DNA of 40,722 bases, taken from assembly GCA_000934665.2 (NCBI GenBank), contig JYFJ02003504.1:1-40722 (forward strand), written 5' to 3'. The notes under the pieces are model-generated. The model was not told the origin of the DNA. It ran no database searches and saw only the letters and a list, made by a program, of their open reading frames with translations. Position 1 is the stretch's first letter. The number at the start of each line of letters is the position of its first letter. Both the position numbers and the translations under genes were made by a program. The stretch is from Catajapyx aquilonaris (Eukaryota). Of the stretch, positions 35,801 through 40,722 are shown piece after piece.

Positions 35801-37946
35801 TCGACAACAACACTCTCCTCCTCCTCCTCCTCTTGTTTCACGTCTGTAAATGTGACTGTTCGTTTCGTTTTAGTGTCTTTGCTTTCCTCTTGAATCACTT
35901 CGGATGCTCCCTCTTCCTCTTTCAGATGCCTTTTCTTCTCATCAGAGCCCTTTCGGAATTCGCGCTTCAAACTGTCATCCTCTGGCTTTTTGTCGTCCTT
36001 GGGAGCAGGCCCAGTTCTACGCGGAATTTTGGACTTTCGCTTTGACAAGTCTTCCTTGGTCACTGTCGTGGTGACAGTCGTCGTCTTCGTCACTTCCACT
36101 TTTTCTGGCTCTACCGTAGGCAACTCCTTTTCTTCAATTTCATGAATGGTTTCGGAAGTTTTTCCAAATGCTTCCAAGCGAAACTCGAATTCTGATGGAG
36201 ACTGTTGCACCTTCATCTCCTTGTGCTCGCTAAGCTCTTCTTGAGCCGCGCCTAATGATTCCCTGACTTCCGCTAAAGTTCTCCTCACGGTGTCTTCTTC
36301 AGTCATCATCCGCAGCTTTTCCGCCTGCGTTTCCGGTGGAGACATATCCCCACCGCTGCTTCTCAACTCTTCATCCGTTATATCCACGCTCTCGGTTTCT
36401 CCACGAGTTAGCCTCTTACGAAGTTCAACGGCTTCCTTCACCATTACAGAGTGAAGAGTTTCCTTCTCCAATTCAGCAGCCTTTTCCACGACCTCCTCGG
36501 CCATTTCAAACTCCGTGGCGACCTTTGCATCTGGCGTGACCCGAGGAAATATTGGCTCGGAGGATATCAAATCACTCCTCTTCGCCACCTCAGCCTCTAT
36601 CTCGTCCACCACTTCTTCCGCCAACTTCCTGGCCTCCTCCTGAGACAACCTCCTACTGTCTAACGCCACTGGAGACAGGCTTTCTCTCGCGTCCTGTTCC
36701 GTCGCATCGTCCTCAAACTCTGCCCCTTCAACAGGAGCCTCCTCACCCGAAAACTCTACCACTGCTTCGGGTACACCCGACTCTGGCTGGTCCTCCACCG
36801 GTACCTGCCAGAGTGTGTCAGGCAACTTTTCGACCGGATAGTGTATCTCCGGCTCTTCAGAGCGAGACTCCAAGGGAGGAACGACTTCCAAGACTTTGGC
36901 AGTCTCACCCACAAACTTTCCTTCAAGGATCACTGAGGTTTCTCCTCTCAGAGGTTCAGCCTTTATCGGCGGTTCAGCCTTTATCGGAGGTTCAGCCTTT
37001 ATCGGAGGTTCAGCCTTAATCGGAGGTTCGGCCTTTACCGGAGGTTTCTCCTTGTCAATCGGGAAGTCTTCAGGAGGCTCCGGACGTTTGCTTTTGTCTT
37101 CAGGCGGATGGATAGGAGGCTTTGGAGACGGAAGATCACCCTCGTATTCGGGAGACAGAGCCTTCTCCTCTGGGGCTAACGATTCTACGTGCTCTTCAAG
37201 CTCGCGAATAAATATTTCCGATTTGATCTGCCTGCTGATCATAACTTCCGAGTCTACCTCCTCAGTCTGATCAGGCGGTAAGGACTTGTGCTCGGGAGAT
37301 GGCTCTTCAGTCTGAGAGAGCTGCTCTGTCAGCATCTCGCGCTTAATTTGAGCCTCGAACAGCTCCTTCTTTTCTTTCACTCCTTTGAAGGCAATGTCCT
37401 CAGGCTCAAATACGTCTTCGGCAGGGGCTTCTTCCACAGATTCTTCGAGTGTGTCGATCTTTTCTGCGCCAAGGAACGCCCTGTTTTCAAACGCCACTGG
37501 AGACCCGTACTTTGCAAGGTACTCGGCCTCTGAATCGGTGCTGCCGACCGTCCTCTTCTTGGCATCTGCATCTGACTCGATGTCCGACTGACTCTCGCTT
37601 CGACTACTCTTGGTCAGACTGACCTTCCTAACGGTCGTGGTTGTCTCCCCTTTGCTCATGGACTCCTGGCTCTTCTGCTCCCAGAACTTCTTCCGCTCCG
37701 AGTAGCTCTGGATTGTCTCCTGCACTCCTTCTTCGGGCTCGTCAGTCTTGCCAGCATCCACCTGAGTCTGAGAAATTTCGCCTATGGATTGAGCAAAAGT
37801 CTGGGGTGATGCAGTGGTGGGTCCCGAGTCAGGAGATTTGGTTAGGGGTTTTTCTGGGTGGGGGGATCGCAGTGGTACATAGCTTTCCTCCACCTCGCGG
37901 TCGAGCCGTCCAACCCCCACGGGCTCCCCAGGTGTTAGTCTGCTCT
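29883..37946 (-). CDS. Ank2: Giant coding exon (8064 nt, 2688 codons) of a probable giant ankyrin (UNC-44L/Ank2-like) isoform
   Basis: The open frame covers 2701 aa and is E/S/T/D-rich and low complexity. The acceptor has a perfect TACTAAC branch point (37980-37974) and ends ...cctattctag; the donor is CAG|GTAGAG at 29883; both ends are phase 1. The paired SL[QN]EFE[KR]LE motifs, MTTSxDSL repeats and FTGPDA resemble my recollection of giant ankyrin tails. Ankyrin repeats, ZU5 and the death domain are not in the window, so the symbol is provisional. Confidence 0.72.
36951..37047 (-). repeat. Coding 18-bp tandem repeat (KAEPPI x~5)
   Basis: GGTTCAGCCTTTATCGGA units on the plus strand; protein PPVKAEPPIKAEPPIKAEPPIKAEPPIKAEP. 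Confidence 0.9.
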
Positions 37947-38604
37947 CTAGAATAGGATGACAACAGACGAGCCGTTAGTATCTACCTAGCCACTACAAAT
38001 AGCAAAAAAGCTAAAGTGCAGCAGAACAAGAAACTGGTTTTTTGTTGGTGGTGTTTTAGTTTTAAAGGGGGGCTAGGCGACAGACAAAAATAATTAGAGA
38101 TGAGTTCGCAAGAAGAATCGAAACTCATGAGCGAAGTTAACAGCACTGTCTTTACTTGTTAAAGTACAAGCTGTTAGAGAGAAAAAGAAACGAGGGGGCG
38201 TCGTCACCTTTTTACGTCCTACTGTGAAAGCTGACATTCAAAGGATATCATGAATGTTAGTGAATCCCTTGTGCAGCTGTGAGGAAAGCTCGTCAATCAT
38301 TAGTGCACATGTCTACAGACTATGTTAGGGCATGGTTCCACACGTGTCTTGAAACCTGTATGCATCGGACCGCCACAGTCCCGTTCGAACGGTCGCAAAC
38401 AAACTCTACTTGCAAAAGTGTACAGAAGCGAGGATTCATAACATAAGCACGGCTACAAGCGGTTCCCCCCTCTCCCCGAATGAAACCCGAAAAATTATTA
38501 AACATCAAAATTTACAAAATTTTATTGAAGCAGCTAACTCTCGCCAGTAACGGATAAATTGACAAGAGAGAGAGACAGAACAAGGCCAGCAGGGAGTTAA
38601 GTAC

Positions 38605-39285
38605 CTTCGACTACACCTAGCTCATCTTCACTAGAGGGAGTGTTCCCTTCGTGCACGGCTAGGTCGGAGCTGCTAGAACTAGGGAGAGGCTGGGACGACA
38701 GTGAGGGGGACTGCCCGTCCTCGTCATGCGTGCCAGCAGCCTCAAGAGAGCAGCCATCTGCAGCAGCCAGCAACACTGCATGCTGTACAAACTCATCATC
38801 ATCCTCATCGGGCCCATCTACTTCTCGGCCATGCAACAACTCGGGGGGAGGCAGGGAAGAAGGTGGTGGGCATGGGGCGATGGCGGCGACGTCTGCGGCG
38901 GCGTGCGATCCCGGCGAGGTCTCTCCTCTCTGGCCTACCCAAGCAGCCGTATTGGCGGAAGAGGATTGGGACCAGTGGTGACTGTGAAATGGGATTGGCT
39001 CGGGAGGGTCGTCCAGTGGCTCCCCGGTCTGTCCCAGGGAGGAGGCCACGTCCGAGAGGGAGTCGCAAGGGCTGTGTCGCACCGCAAGGGTCGAGGTGTT
39101 CTCATCGTCCTGGCAGGATATTATGTCAAGGGACGAATCGAGTCCGCTTCGGGAGAAGTTGGAGGAAGCCACTGGGTCGTCGGACAAGTTTGGGTACTCG
39201 TGCGGGTATGCAACTCCAGCATTCACATGCACTTTGCGGTGTGGGACGGACGAGGAAAAGGACGAGCGCTTTATCACCACGACAC
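38605..39285 (-). CDS. Upstream phase 1-1 exon (681 nt) of the same giant gene
   Basis: A 227-aa acidic/Ser-rich ORF bounded by ...caaaag|GT and GAAG|GTACTT. Its length is divisible by 3 and it joins the giant exon in frame (G+AG=Glu). The acceptor is weak. Confidence 0.6.
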
Positions 39286-40722
39286 CTTTTGTGTGTGTGT
39301 GTGGATTTAAAAACGGGGAGTGGGGTTTGTCCAGTAGAGATACACGAAAAGAGGGGGGGCGGAGATAGAGAGAGACAGAGAGATAGAAGGATAAAGAAAA
39401 GGAAAAAAGAAAAATGGGTGGCCATTACTACCCGAGCACGTCAATGCAACCTATACACGCAGAAAAGTGCGGTTTGCAATCAGTGGATTAAAAAAAATGA
39501 ATAACACACAAGTCCGCATCTAATCGACACCAATGAAATGAAAACTAACGCCAAACTATGCATGTTACTATATCAGAGACATGCGAAAATCTGCATCGAT
39601 TTCCTTGGGTCATTGGGCTGAAAAGCAACACTGTTATTATTATATAAAAACCACTCGTGGGGTGTAATGTCACAAGCCCCTTACCTTACTGGAACAAAAC
39701 TATTAGTCGCTACTCAAACTACAAAAAATGGAGCTTCAAACAGTGCAATGTTAGTTGCACCTCACTTTATGAAACTACTCAAAATTACCCACTAAAAAAA
39801 CTCACCCAAAAATATTTGGTTGGTTTCTTTGCATGAGAAACAAGGGGTGGGGCAATGCCAGTAATGATTCTGATCAGTTAGCTTTCACAGTGTCTTCCAT
39901 GAGTTAATGTCACACCATGCACAACATTATTAACTCTAGATTCACACTCTACTATTTATACCTGATTCAAACTCCCGTTTCAACGACAAAGCCGGATGCC
40001 GAAGGAAGACCTCTGCTTCAAAATCTCTGCCACTCATAAGACACGTCACAACCATTTTGTGTAACAGCCAACGTCTTTATATACAGTATATAAATTTGTT
40101 ACATGACACAAAATAATCACGCTTTAAAGGTACAACTTGCTATAGAACTATCGATGGGAGAATTATACAGCATTATTCTACCCAGTTCTGAATATTGCGA
40201 CCAGATCGACAAAAATCGCTCTCGTGTTTCTTAATCTTCATAATGAAAGAAATTAATACCTATCAGTCGACTAGTAGTATCCAGAATAAATTGTTGATAG
40301 AATTCGTATTTTTCGCTGAAAATCAACCTTGCAAAGTTGTTTAGCATTGATTTGTCGCTAATCATTTGCCTGCTATTAAACCGGCCTTCAAACATTCTTC
40401 CAAGTTGCACAATACTAGAAATTGACATATGTGAATGTTTTCCCCCCACCAACGTTCACCTTGAGTGTGTGCTTCCAGTAATTTATTAATTGCATCTGAA
40501 CAGTTTTTGTAACACTGAAGTACAGTATTGGATATTAATGGACAGCACAAGTATCGCCGCCTAGTGGAGTTTTTCTTTTCCTTCCTGCGGTTTCATGTAA
40601 AGAAAACGCTCCGCCAGGCGACGATACTTGTGATTATCCATCAATTTCCACCACTGTACATTCCGCAAAAGCTATCCTCTCAGTAAATCGATCTTGTCTG
40701 CATGTAGGTAAATGATATGATA

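Noticed and set aside
29934..39504. Many plus-strand ORFs (up to 267 aa) overlapping the giant gene
   Set aside because: They are antisense shadows of GC-rich, biased coding sequence, with no recognisable domains or splice structure.

Overview
This is eukaryotic DNA with spliceosomal introns, most likely from an arthropod (probably a hexapod). It holds a chemosensory gene cluster next to the 3' part of a very large gene. (1) At 2.8-14.9 kb are three divergent ionotropic receptor (IR, iGluR-family) genes, each with a short signal-peptide exon and one long exon. IR-a (minus) and IR-b (plus) form a head-to-head inverted duplication. IR-b has a 7-bp frameshift deletion and IR-c is intact. All three share a near-identical, GC-rich ~650-bp N-terminal block joined to divergent ligand-binding halves, which looks like gene conversion. 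(2) At 16.3-23.1 kb are four tandem 5-exon genes that the ORF track does not resolve. They encode small secreted odorant-binding-protein-like proteins with an atypical 8-cysteine pattern; two are miniaturised, with only 8 residues between C1 and C2. (3) At 25.3-39.3 kb on the minus strand are the 3' exons of a probable giant ankyrin (UNC-44L/Ank2-like), including an ~8.06-kb exon and several phase-1 cassette exons. The window also has many small palindromic/MITE-type elements, including a 56-bp hAT-type element with an 8-bp TSD and a perfect 169-bp palindrome. Gene models were built by hand from GT-AG sites and paralog comparison. No database search was run.
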